NCBI GenBank assembly: GCA_903887275.1
Contig: CAISPD010000179.1
Location: forward strand, 16,912-80,911
From: an uncultured Mucilaginibacter sp.
GTDB lineage: Bacteria > Bacteroidota > Bacteroidia > Sphingobacteriales > Sphingobacteriaceae
Direction of reading: 5' to 3'
DNA length: 64,000 nucleotides
This document shows, piece after piece, positions 18,164 to 28,282 of the stretch (its first letter is position 1; each line of letters starts with the position of its first letter). Made by a program: the position numbers and the translations under genes. The notes under the pieces are model-generated. The model ran no database searches, was not told the DNA's origin, and saw only the letters and a program-made list of their open reading frames with translations.

Positions 18164-18856
18164 ATGAAGAAAATATTACTGGTGGAGGATGACCCAAACC
18201 TCGGGCTGCTTTTGCAGGATTACCTGCAGCTAAAGGGTAAGTTTGATGTAATTTTATGTAAGGATGGTGAAGAAGGTTTGCGCACGTTTACCAAACACAA
18301 TTTCGACTTGCTGATATTGGATGTAATGATGCCACGAAAAGATGGTTTTACCTTGGGTAAAGAAATCAGGCGCATCAATGAAAAAGTACCGATTATTTTT
18401 GCGACTGCCAAGGGAATGATTGAAGACAAAACCCAGGCCTTTAATCTTGGTGGCGATGACTATATAACCAAGCCTTTTCGCATCGAGGAGCTTTTGTTAC
18501 GCATTAACGCTTTACTGAAAAGGGTCAGTAATTCGGAGAAAAGTGAAGAAGAAAAGCAGACATTGTTTAAAATTGGGAATTACCAGTTCGATTATACAAC
18601 CCAACTGATAGCAATTGGCAATACCCAGCAAAAGTTGTCGACCAAGGAGGCAGAATTGTTGCGTTTGCTATGCCTGAGAAAAAATGATGTTCTTACCCGT
18701 GAAGAAGCATTACTAAATATCTGGCATGATGATAACTATTTCAATGGGCGCAGTATGGATGTTTTTTTGAGTAAGATCAGAAAATATTTAAAGGATGACC
18801 CCACTGTAGAGATCATCAATGTACACGGCAGAGGCTACAAACTGCTGATGAATTAG
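18164..18856 (+). CDS. rprY: OmpR-family response regulator, RprY-like
   Basis: EDDPNLG, LDVMMPRKDGF, KPF, NGRSMDVFLSKIRK winged helix. Confidence 0.85.
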   Translation: MKKILLVEDDPNLGLLLQDYLQLKGKFDVILCKDGEEGLRTFTKHNFDLLILDVMMPRKDGFTLGKEIRRINEKVPIIFATAKGMIEDKTQAFNLGGDDYITKPFRIEELLLRINALLKRVSNSEKSEEEKQTLFKIGNYQFDYTTQLIAIGNTQQKLSTKEAELLRLLCLRKNDVLTREEALLNIWHDDNYFNGRSMDVFLSKIRKYLKDDPTVEIINVHGRGYKLLMN

Positions 18857-18873
18857 CGAAATATTTCTGCCGA

Positions 18874-19257
18874 TTATTTAGTTGGAGTACGCACAAACAA
18901 AACACCGAATACAATACCAAAAATGGTATAGATAGCCGCCAATAACCAAAGTATACCGGGCTTTCCTGGGTCGTGTGCAAGGTATTTTAATAGGGCAAGG
19001 CCGCCTATCATAAAATGAGAAAGGTTGGCTGTAACCAGCGGTTTGTTATAGATACCGCCAATTGCGCCATCCTTTGCCATCCAATTCAACATAGCGAATC
19101 CGAAATATAAACCTCCCATTAATTGGAGCGTTATTACAATGAATTGCTGGAACCCCAAATTCAGGTAGTTTGATATTTCGATTGGAAAGAAAGTCAGTCC
19201 CAAACCTATTGTTGCAAGAAACAATACGCTTGCGGTCATTATAAATTTAGTATTCAT
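18874..19257 (-). CDS. Hypothetical 4-TM membrane protein
   Basis: 127 aa, hydrophobic, GGIYNKP loop. Confidence 0.75.
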   Translation of the reverse strand: MNTKFIMTASVLFLATIGLGLTFFPIEISNYLNLGFQQFIVITLQLMGGLYFGFAMLNWMAKDGAIGGIYNKPLVTANLSHFMIGGLALLKYLAHDPGKPGILWLLAAIYTIFGIVFGVLFVRTPTK

Positions 19258-19311
19258 GTTATTGGTCTGAGTTTCAAAAAAAGTGATGATTTGATCTGTA
19301 AAACCTTCTTG

Positions 19312-19659
19312 TTATTTGATCTCCTCGCCAAAGTTTATAATATTTCCATTATTGTCGAGCACACTAAATTGCTTCATGCGCCAGGGTTTTATACCTAGTT
19401 TTCCATTGGGATGAACGATACCAATAGGTTCGTATTGGGCATAGATATGGTCAATGCCGGTCACCCTGAGGAAACATCCGGTTGCTTTAGGAATTTCAGG
19501 GTCGTTGCAGGGCCACAAGTGAATTTGTATTTTGTCTTTTCCAAAGATGAGATAGCCATCCCAGTTAGCAACTAAGTTGAAACCCAGTTTTTCGGTGTAG
19601 AAATTTATAGTTTCATCTGCATTGAGCGAGGCTAAAATTGGGACTGCAGTTTCGATCAT
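19312..19659 (-). CDS. VOC / bleomycin-resistance-like protein
   Basis: AVPIL...FYTEKLGF...KPWRMKQFSVLDNNGNIINFG. Confidence 0.85.
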   Translation of the reverse strand: MIETAVPILASLNADETINFYTEKLGFNLVANWDGYLIFGKDKIQIHLWPCNDPEIPKATGCFLRVTGIDHIYAQYEPIGIVHPNGKLGIKPWRMKQFSVLDNNGNIINFGEEIK

Positions 19660-19705
19660 GACCGTTATATTTTTAACTAATTATAGATTTCAGGGGCAAA
19701 ACTTG

Positions 19706-19719
19706 TAACAAATTTGTTA
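19706..19719. promoter_or_regulatory. Perfect 14-bp palindrome TAACAAATTTGTTA between divergent genes
   Basis: Directly visible. Confidence 0.35.
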
Positions 19720-19790
19720 AATGGGTGCCCGGAAAATTAGCGCTAAAATAAATAAGTTTGTTTATTCATCAACGATTAACTGAACAAACC

Positions 19791-21344
19791 ATGAAACGAA
19801 AACTACTATTTTCTACCTTATTTGCTTTTGCCATAACGGGGTCTGTTTTTGCACAGCAGGAGGGTGACCCGGCAACGCTCCAAAAAATCCGGGACGAAGG
19901 ACTTAATCACTCCAAAGTGATGGAGACCGCATTTTATTTGACGGATGTTGCAGGGCCTCGCCTCGCGGGCTCGCCAGGATTAAAACGTGCACAGGATTGG
20001 GCAGTAGACCAGCTTAAAACCTGGGGACTGGTAAACGCAGCTCGCGAACCATGGGGTAAATTTGGTAAGGGTTGGGAAGTTCAGAAAAACTATGCAGCTA
20101 TCACCGTTCCCTATTATCATGCTATCATAGCAATTCCTAAAGCCTGGACGCCTGGAACCAACGGTGAAATCAAAGGCGACGTGGTACTGGTTAAAATCGA
20201 TACTACTGCCGATTTCGATAAATACAAAGGACAGCTGGCTGGCAAGATCGTTATATTCGACACAAAGTCAACTACCCTGGCAGGGGGAACGAAGCCAGAT
20301 CTGACACGTTATACAGATGACGAACTTGATAAAATGGAGAAGGCTGTTGCACCGCCGGCAACGCCTCGCCGTATCGCAGCGCCAAATCCTCAAATGTCGC
20401 AATTTATGCGTTTGCGAGCTTTGCGTACTGCAATAAGCGCTTTTTTACAAAAGGAAAATGTTGGCCTGATACTCAGCCAGGGTCGGGGCACACAAGGCAC
20501 CGTTTTTACCAGTAATGGCGCCTCATTTGCCGACACTGCTAAGGCTGTGGCACCAGAGTTGGAAACCAGCAGCGAAGATTATCTGCGCATTTTACGCCTT
20601 GTAAAAGCTGGCATCAAAGTGCAAATGGAAGCTGATATCAAAACACAATTTTTTACAGATGACTTGCAGGGATACGATGTAGTTGGTGAAATTCCGGGAA
20701 CAGATAAAAAATTGAAAGAACAATTGGTGATCATTGGTGGACACCTTGACTCATGGCACGCAGGAACCGGAGCTACCGATAATGGTGCCGGAAGTGCCGT
20801 GATGCTCGAAGCAATGCGGATACTTAAAGCCATTAATTTTAAACCAAGAAGGACGATCAGAATTTGTTTGTGGAGCTCGGAAGAACAAGGTCTGTTCGGT
20901 TCACGCTATTACGTACTCAACCATTTTGGTGATCCTAAAACGATGCAGCTTAAACCCGATCAGGCAAAGGTTTCGGCTTACTATAACCTGGATAATGGTA
21001 CAGGAAAAATTCGTGGTATTTATCTTCAGGGCGATTCGGCTGCCCGGCCTATATTTAAACAATGGTTGGAACAATTCAAGGACCTGGGCGCCGGTACTGT
21101 TACCATCAGCAATACCGGTGGTACTGACCACCTTTCATTTGCAGCAGTTGGTATACCCGGTTTCCAGTTTATTCAGGACCCAATGGATTATGGGACTCGT
21201 ACCCACCATTCAAACCAGGATACTTACGAACGCCTGGTTGAAGATGATCTGAAACAAGCAGCTACCATTGTTGCTACCTTCGTGTTTAACACTTCGCAGC
21301 GTGATGAACAGATCCCACGTTCCGAATTACCAAAAGCACAGTAA
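19791..21344 (+). CDS. M28-family peptidase (carboxypeptidase Q-like), secreted
   Basis: GGHLDSWH, GATDNGAG, SSEEQGL, GGTDH, THHSNQD; signal peptide from MKRKLL; -7 TAAGTTTG 19753-19760. Confidence 0.9.
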   Translation: MKRKLLFSTLFAFAITGSVFAQQEGDPATLQKIRDEGLNHSKVMETAFYLTDVAGPRLAGSPGLKRAQDWAVDQLKTWGLVNAAREPWGKFGKGWEVQKNYAAITVPYYHAIIAIPKAWTPGTNGEIKGDVVLVKIDTTADFDKYKGQLAGKIVIFDTKSTTLAGGTKPDLTRYTDDELDKMEKAVAPPATPRRIAAPNPQMSQFMRLRALRTAISAFLQKENVGLILSQGRGTQGTVFTSNGASFADTAKAVAPELETSSEDYLRILRLVKAGIKVQMEADIKTQFFTDDLQGYDVVGEIPGTDKKLKEQLVIIGGHLDSWHAGTGATDNGAGSAVMLEAMRILKAINFKPRRTIRICLWSSEEQGLFGSRYYVLNHFGDPKTMQLKPDQAKVSAYYNLDNGTGKIRGIYLQGDSAARPIFKQWLEQFKDLGAGTVTISNTGGTDHLSFAAVGIPGFQFIQDPMDYGTRTHHSNQDTYERLVEDDLKQAATIVATFVFNTSQRDEQIPRSELPKAQ

Positions 21345-21372
21345 GACATCAAAAAGTATCACTTGAAAATTT

Positions 21373-21402
21373 AAAAAACCTCCTGAAAATGGAGGTTTTT
21401 TT
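21373..21402 (+). terminator. Intrinsic terminator
   Basis: AAAAAACCTCC/GGAGGTTTTTT. Confidence 0.85.
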
Positions 21403-21413
21403 ATTTGCAGAAA

Positions 21414-21429
21414 AACTAAGGCATTAGTT
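21414..21429. promoter_or_regulatory. Candidate BlaI/MecI-type operator AACTAA-GGCA-TTAGTT
   Basis: Perfect 6-4-6 inverted repeat ~80 nt upstream of blaI-like ATG. Confidence 0.5.
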
Positions 21430-21506
21430 GCATCTTTAAAAATAAAGTTATAATTTAGATTAGCCTGCCTTTTTAATTGATTAAACCCCAAACGACAATA
21501 TAAGAA

Positions 21507-21878
21507 ATGGAAATAAAGGAGTTAACAAGGGCTGAGGAACAGATCATGCAAGTGCTATGGCAGCTTAAAAAGGGCTTTGTAAAGGACCTGATAGATGCTT
21601 TACCTGAACCGAAACCCGCTTATAATACGGTATCAACCTTTGTAAGGATACTTGAAACCAAGGGATTTGTTGACCATATTGCTTATGGCAAAAGCCATGA
21701 GTATTTCCCAATTATCAGTAAAGAACAATATCAGGGCTTTGCGACAGACAAGCTCCTGAACGGGTATTTCGATAATTCGGTAAAACGGATGTTCTCCTTT
21801 TTTGTGAAAAAAGAAAAGATAGATCTGAAAGAAGCAGATGAGATTTTAAAGTTGATAGAACAACTCAAAGATAAATAA
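21507..21878 (+). CDS. BlaI/MecI/CopY-family repressor
   Basis: LTRAEEQIMQVLW, PAYNTVSTFVRILETKGFV. Confidence 0.92.
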   Translation: MEIKELTRAEEQIMQVLWQLKKGFVKDLIDALPEPKPAYNTVSTFVRILETKGFVDHIAYGKSHEYFPIISKEQYQGFATDKLLNGYFDNSVKRMFSFFVKKEKIDLKEADEILKLIEQLKDK

Positions 21879-21888
21879 TACCAAAACC

Positions 21889-23577
21889 ATGATCTGGTGG
21901 CAATACTTGTTGTTGGTTAATATTTACCTCGTATTGTTTTACGGATTCTACGCCGTATTGCTACGTTCAGAAACTTTTTTTAATCTGAACAGGGGATATT
22001 TGGTAATCAGTTCGTTATTGTCATTTTTTATTCCCCTTATCCATTCCCAATGGATCAGCAGGTTATTTATTACCCAGAAAGTTCAGCAGACTATAAACGT
22101 TTACTCAAAGCCGATCTCGATTTATCAGCTCAAAACAATTGAAGAATATCATGTTTCGCCTGAGACTTTTTTGCTTATTGTTTACGGTTTAGTAGCTGGT
22201 ATATTGACGCTCAGGCTAGTTAGTCAGCTGATCTCTCTCCGCAGAATGATCGATCAACCCGAAGAAACAACTGCATTTTCATTTTTCAAAAGAATTAGCC
22301 TGGGCAGTAAGCTCGAAGGCCGGGATATTATTGTTGAGCACGAAAAAGTTCATGCAAGGCAATGGCACTCTGCCGATGTAATGCTGATCGAGTTAATAGC
22401 CATTGTTAACTGGTTTAATCCAATTGTTTATCTGTATAAACGCGGGATCAAGCATATCCACGAATATATCGCCGATTTGCAGGCTGTAAGAAATGGAACA
22501 ACCAAAGCTGAATACGCACTTCTTTTGTTAAGTCAGACGCTTAAAACACCAGCCAATCAACTCGTGACACCTTTTTATAATCAGAGTTTATTGAAAAGGC
22601 GTATCATGATGCTGGATAAAAATCGTTCAAAATATCGGGCTTTAGTTAAATATGGACTTTCGGCACCGCTGTTCATGCTGATGCTGGTCTTGTCTTCAGC
22701 TGCAGTTTTAAAATCGCATACGGTCAGGCTTTTTAACAGCAGTCCTGATGAATTGTTATTGTCGCCATCGTCTGGTATTACTACTAAAGTGAAGCAGCAT
22801 GAAACGCTTGTTTCCAGGTCGATCGAACGGCCGGCCAGTATATGGGTCACATCAACCGGGCACGGATTAACTGGTCTTAAGGGACATCAGACCCAGGGGC
22901 TGTTTGCTGATCCTATCTTCTTATCAGTTGAGCAAGAGCCCGAATTTAAAGGTGGAATGCGGAATTTTTACCAGTTTTTGGCTGCAAATCTGCAATACCC
23001 TGACGCAATGGTACGGCAGAATGTGCAGGGTAGGGTATTTATTACGATGACAGTTGAAAAAGATGGCTCGCTTTCGGGCATCAGGGCCTTGAAAGATATA
23101 GGTTTCGGGGCAGCGGAAGAAGCAATAAGGGTACTTAAATTATCGCCCAAATGGCAACCCGGATACCAAAATGGCCGCCCGGTTAGGGTACGCTATACCT
23201 TGCCTATCATTTTTAACCTGGTTAGTTTAAAAACCGAATCAGATACACTTACCAAAGTTACTTATGCCTACAAGGACATTGAACAACAACCTGTAAATAA
23301 TAAAAGCAACAATAACGTAGACAGTTTGAGCAAAACAACTAGCCTGGTTAGGGCTGATGATTTTGATTTTCAAACAAATGCGCTTTATTTGCTGGATGGC
23401 AAAGTAATAGATGGTTTAAATGCTATTACGGCCGATGATATACAGAGTGTAAAAGTTTTGCGTGCTATTACCAAGGAAAGCAACTATTTTACCCTTTATG
23501 GTACCAAAGCGCTAAATGGGGTTATACTGATAGAATCTAAAAAAGCTTTTAAAGCCAAAGCCGCTGCCAAACATTAA
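21889..23577 (+). CDS. BlaR1-like M56 metallopeptidase fused to TonB C-terminal and plug-like domains
   Basis: HEKVH zinc motif, HEYIAD, LLKRRIMML; PEFKGG...LQYP...QGRVF; C-terminal LYLLDGK...IQSVKVL...YG...NGVILI. Confidence 0.85.
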   Translation: MIWWQYLLLVNIYLVLFYGFYAVLLRSETFFNLNRGYLVISSLLSFFIPLIHSQWISRLFITQKVQQTINVYSKPISIYQLKTIEEYHVSPETFLLIVYGLVAGILTLRLVSQLISLRRMIDQPEETTAFSFFKRISLGSKLEGRDIIVEHEKVHARQWHSADVMLIELIAIVNWFNPIVYLYKRGIKHIHEYIADLQAVRNGTTKAEYALLLLSQTLKTPANQLVTPFYNQSLLKRRIMMLDKNRSKYRALVKYGLSAPLFMLMLVLSSAAVLKSHTVRLFNSSPDELLLSPSSGITTKVKQHETLVSRSIERPASIWVTSTGHGLTGLKGHQTQGLFADPIFLSVEQEPEFKGGMRNFYQFLAANLQYPDAMVRQNVQGRVFITMTVEKDGSLSGIRALKDIGFGAAEEAIRVLKLSPKWQPGYQNGRPVRVRYTLPIIFNLVSLKTESDTLTKVTYAYKDIEQQPVNNKSNNNVDSLSKTTSLVRADDFDFQTNALYLLDGKVIDGLNAITADDIQSVKVLRAITKESNYFTLYGTKALNGVILIESKKAFKAKAAAKH

Positions 23578-23601
23578 AATTTAAATAAAAGCATTGAAAG
23601 C

Positions 23602-24006
23602 ATGAACTGGAAACTAATTTTTCAATTGTCGGTTTTTGGCCTGATCATGGCTTTCGGCACTATTTCACTTATACCGCAGAATTTTGAGTTTTTATTTTGG
23701 CTGGTGATCTTTGCCTTTTGCGGTACCGTTATTGCCAAAGCAGCTGGTGGCCGGTATTTTTTGCATGGCTTTATTGTTAGTCTGGTCAATAGTGTTTGGA
23801 TCACATCGATACACGTTATATTTTACAGTACCTATACCGCACATCATCCTGATATAGCTAAAATGACCGAAAGTTTGCCTTTGAGTAATCATCCCAGGCT
23901 CTTGATGGTTTTAATGGCCCCAATTTATGGTGTGTTATTTGGTCTTATTTTAGGTTTATTTTCCTTTATTTCCGCTAAGATATTTAAAAGTAAGATAGCT
24001 GGATAA
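23602..24006 (+). CDS. Hypothetical membrane protein
   Basis: 134 aa, about 4 hydrophobic segments. Confidence 0.75.
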   Translation: MNWKLIFQLSVFGLIMAFGTISLIPQNFEFLFWLVIFAFCGTVIAKAAGGRYFLHGFIVSLVNSVWITSIHVIFYSTYTAHHPDIAKMTESLPLSNHPRLLMVLMAPIYGVLFGLILGLFSFISAKIFKSKIAG

Positions 24007-24034
24007 CTGTTTTAAGCTACTCCTAAGGTATTAT

Positions 24035-24063
24035 TTTACAAAGCGTATGAATTGCTTTGTAAA
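24035..24063. promoter_or_regulatory. Perfect 10-9-10 inverted repeat TTTACAAAGC/GCTTTGTAAA upstream of SPW gene
   Basis: Directly visible; no U-tail. Confidence 0.35.
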
Positions 24064-24108
24064 CATTCGGAATAAAACTTAATTTAGCGCCATTAAATTA
24101 AATAGCAT

Positions 24109-24537
24109 ATGAAGCCTTTCATCTCCACTAAAGTTTATGGGTTTTTTAACTACGCCCTGGCACTTACAATGATCTTTTCGCCATGGTTGTTTGGTTTTAA
24201 AGATCAACATGGAGCATCATTTTTATTGCCTTTGTATTTAGGCTGGCTGCAATTGATTATGGCCATATTCAGTAAACACGAGTGGGGTATTCTAAAAGTG
24301 TTCCCTGTTTCTATGCACGCTTTTATTGATGTTATCGTAGGTTCGTTTTTGTTTGCGACACCTTTTTTATATGCCTATACCGACGAAATTTTTGCACCAC
24401 AATTAATTTTTGGCGCTTTATTATTCCTGCTTGGGATCTTCGTAGATGGTTCGCCTTTAACAAGTACTCCTACCCATGTTTTTAAAGATGGTTTGGAAGA
24501 ACATACCAGCGATGTTAAAGAGCCAATGTCTCACTAA
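24109..24537 (+). CDS. SPW-repeat membrane protein
   Basis: FSPWLFGF and MHAFIDVIVGSFLFATP repeats. Confidence 0.75.
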   Translation: MKPFISTKVYGFFNYALALTMIFSPWLFGFKDQHGASFLLPLYLGWLQLIMAIFSKHEWGILKVFPVSMHAFIDVIVGSFLFATPFLYAYTDEIFAPQLIFGALLFLLGIFVDGSPLTSTPTHVFKDGLEEHTSDVKEPMSH

Positions 24538-24563
24538 GTAAACTGATTAAACCAGTATAAATT

Positions 24564-24591
24564 AAGAGCCCCGAATTTCGGGGCTCTTTTT
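24564..24591 (+). terminator. Intrinsic terminator
   Basis: AAGAGCCCCGAA/TTCGGGGCTCTT followed by T-run. Confidence 0.85.
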
Positions 24592-24634
24592 GTTTCGTAA
24601 TATTTCTGGCAGCAGCTTTTTGCTGATATAAAAT

Positions 24635-24665
24635 AAAAAAGCCCTACCCCAGAAAGGGGCAGGAC
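24635..24665 (-). terminator. Intrinsic terminator downstream of nrdJ
   Basis: Minus GTCCTGCCCC-TTTCT-GGGGTAGGGC-TTTTTT. Confidence 0.8.
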
Positions 24666-24744
24666 TCGCACACATTAACCATTATAAAACTGAACAGAAA
24701 CGTCAATCTATCGGTTAGTTATCTTCAAAGGACAAGCTTCTAGC

Positions 24745-24890
24745 CCTTTTCACCTTTCACTTTTCGCCTTTCACCTCCCCCATTCCGCAATTGGCATTCC
24801 GCACTCCGCATTACTTTCACCCTTCACCTTTAGCCTTTCACCTTTTACCTTTCACATTCCGCAATTGGCATTCCGCACTACCCATTCCTT
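24745..24890. repeat. Composite heptamer repeat (CCTTTCA-type and TTCCGCA-type) with exact 25-bp duplication
   Basis: CATTCCGCAATTGGCATTCCGCACT at 24781-24805 and 24855-24879. Confidence 0.85.
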
Positions 24891-24898
24891 TAACCTCA

Positions 24899-27800
24899 CT
24901 AGGAACATCCCATCGAGTTGCCGCAATTCAAACACTTATAGCAAGTGCCTGAGCGTACTGTAGTATGTCCGCAAACATTACATGAAGGAGCATCACTTTG
25001 CACACCCATGCTAAGGTCCAGACTCAGGCTCTTTTTGCTGCTGGTGCTGCCGGTATCTGCAGAAACAGTTTTTGCAGGCTGGTAAACATTGGTCTCATCA
25101 GTATTTACATCTTCGTCAACAAGCTGCGGATTGCCAGTAATAACATTTTGTTCGGTAATTACATGCACCAGGTCGCTACGGTCAAGGTATTCATAACCAA
25201 GCATCCTGAAAATATAGTCGATGATAGAGGTAGCGCTCTTAATATTAGCGTGACCGATCACCATACCAGCTGGTTCGAAACGAGTGAAAGTGAATTTCTC
25301 TACATATTCTTCCAGCGGAACACCATATTGCAAGCCTACTGAAACTGCAATTGCAAAGCAGTTCATCAATGAACGGAAAGTTGACCTTCTTTGTGCATAT
25401 CCACAAAGATCTCGCCCAAAGTTCCATCTTCGTATTCTCCCGTGCGAACGAATACCGTTTGTCCGTCGATACTTGCTTTTTGGGTATAACCGCGACGTTT
25501 GTATGGCAGGCTCTTTTTCTGAACCACGCGCGACAACTGACGCATGAAGTGCGTGTCTTTAGATTTCTCCATGATAGCTATCGCAGCTTCAAGCACTTGT
25601 TCTGGAGTAAGGTCGCTTAATTTTACGTTAGCGGCTTCGCCTAAAACTTCCTCAACAGTTTCCAGTTTTTCTTCTGCATCCTCTTTTTTGTCAGACTTGG
25701 TTGATAAAGGCTGCGATAATTTACAACCATCACGGTAAAGCGCATTGGCTTTCAAACCAAGTGTCCATGACAGTTCGTAGCAATCTTTTATTTCTTCAAC
25801 TTTAGCTTCGTTAGGTAAGTTGATGGTTTTTGAAATTGCGCCTGATAAGAAAGGCTGAGCAGCTGCCATCATTTTAATGTGGCCGTGTGCGTGAATATAA
25901 CGCTCGCCAATTGCACCGCATTTGTTTGCGCAATCAAAAATAGGATAGTGTTCTTTTTTCAGGAATGGTGCACCTTCTATTGTCATGGTACCACAAACAT
26001 ATTCATTAGCCTCTGCTATTTGCTTTCTGGTAAATCCTAGTCCGCGTAACAGGTTAAAGTCGGGCGCATTGTATTGCTCAGGTGTAAAACCAATGCGTTT
26101 CAATACGTCTTCTCCAAGTGTCCAAACGTTAAATGCAAAGCCGATCTCAAATGCTGAAACAACTGCTTTTTCTAATTTTTCAAGATCAGATTCAGTCAAA
26201 CCTTTAGCAATAAGGCTATCGATATTGATATGTGGAGCGTTATTTAAACTTGCAGCACCTTTGGCGTAGTTAACGATCGCAGTGATCTCATGCTCCTGAT
26301 AACCGAGGTTTTGTAAAGCTTCTGGTACAGCCTGGTTGATGATCTTAAAGTAACCACCACCCGAAAGTTTTTTGAATTTAACCAGTGCAAAATCAGGCTC
26401 AATACCGGTAGTATCGCAATCCATAACAAGACCAATTGTTCCTGTTGGTGCTATAACGGTAGTTTGTGCGTTGCGGTAGCCGTGCTGTTCGCCCATTTCA
26501 ACTGCTTTATCCCATGCGTTACATGCAGCAGATAACAAATAGTCAGGGCAATATTTTGGATCAATTCCCGGAGGCAATATTTCCAGGCCTTCATAATTCT
26601 CGATCGAGTTATAGGCAGCATAACGGTGGTTACGCATAACACGTAACATGTGTTTTTTATTGTCCTCATAACGGCGGAACGGACCCAGTTCGCGGGCCAT
26701 TTCAGCCGAAGTAGCATAAGCAGTACCGGTCATGATAGCAGTGATAGCACCACCGATGGCACGTGCTTTATCGCTATCATAAGGAATACCATTCACCATC
26801 AGCGCTGAGCCAAGGTTAGCATAACCTAAACCTAGTGTGCGGTAATCGTATGAAAGTTGTGCAACCTCTTTTGAAGGGAATTGTGCCATCAATACAGAAA
26901 TTTCCAATACGATGGTCCAGATCCGGCAGGCATGCTCAAAACCTTTTACATCAAATACGCGGGTCTCTTTATCAAAGAAGTGCGCCAGGTTGATAGAAGC
27001 AAGGTTACATGCCGTATTATCAAGGAACATATATTCCGAGCATGGGTTGGAAGCATTGATGCGACCGCCTTCAGGGCAGGTATGCCACTCGTTGATGGTG
27101 CTGTCATACTGCACGCCGGGATCGGCGCAGGCCCAGGCTGCAAATGCGATATCATCCCATAATTTCTGTGAAGAGATAGATTTTACAGTTTTACCGTTCA
27201 TCCGGCCTTTAAGTTCCCAGTCTTTCCCCGAATTCAGGGCATGGAAAAATTCGTTAGGGATACGAACAGAGTTATTGGAGTTTTGTCCGGATACCGTACG
27301 GTATGCTTCACCTTCATAATCGGATGAATAGCCAGCTGCGATCAAAGCAGCAACTTTCTTTTCTTCTTCAACTTTCCAGTTTACAAAACCTTCAATTTCG
27401 GGGTGGTCAAGGTCAAGACAAACCATTTTGGCTGCCCTGCGGGTAGTACCGCCTGATTTGATTGCGCCGGCTGCGCGGTCACCTATTTTCAGGAACGACA
27501 TCAGACCGGATGAATAGCCCCCGCCAGATAATTTTTCACTTTCTCCACGTATCCTTGAGAAGTTGGTGCCTACTCCCGAGCCATATTTAAAGATACGGGC
27601 TTCGCGAACCCAAAGGTCCATGATACCACCTTCGTTCACCAGGTCGTCCTCAACCGACAGGATGAAACAAGCATGCGGCTGCGGGCGTTCGTAAGCCGAG
27701 GTAGATTTGCTAAGCACTTCGGTAACCGGGTCAACATAATAATGCCCCTGCGGCTTTCCTGTAATGCCGTAGGAGGTATGAAGACCTGTATTGAACCATT

Positions 27801-28227
27801 GCGGCGAGTTTGGTGCGGCTAGTTGACCTACGATCGTATATACGATCTCGTCATAAAATATTTCTGCATCTTTTGCTGATGCGAAATAGCCATAGCGCAT
27901 ACCCCAGTCTTTCCAGCAATTGCCCATACGATGAGCTACCTGTTTAATGCTTTTTTCAGAACCCGTAGTGCCATCGGGTTGGGGAACCCCAGCCTTACGG
28001 AAATATTTTTGGGCGAGAATATCTGTAGCTACCTGCGACCATGACGCAGGCACTTCAACATCCTTCATTTCAAATACCGCATCACCCGAGGGGTTGCGTA
28101 TCACTGATGAACGTTTCTCATAATTAAAGAGATCGTAAACGTTCTTTCCGTCTTTGCTGAAGTGTCTCTGCACCTCCAGTCCTTTTCCGCCGGCACCGGC
28201 CATTTTTTTTGAGGAGTTCTTGCCCAT
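24899..28227 (-). CDS. nrdJ: Class II (adenosylcobalamin-dependent) ribonucleotide reductase, split by a 1-nt frameshift at ~25384
   Basis: [41 protein letters not shown]; C-terminal CxxC..CxxC..GCS in ORF 24899..25369; one added base restores HKEG(A/S)[14 protein letters not shown]. Confidence 0.92.
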
Positions 28228-28282
28228 TGTTATGTATCTAATATGTTATTATAGCGTTAAAAAATCCTTAGGGGTTTTTAAT

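Noticed and set aside
24781-24879. 25-bp direct repeat pair as mini-CRISPR
   Set aside because: Only two copies, the spacer is itself heptamer repeat, no cas genes
25505-25525. G AAA AAG as a programmed -1 frameshift site for nrdJ
   Set aside because: Not a canonical heptamer, and shifting here would lose conserved frame-0 residues up to HKEG
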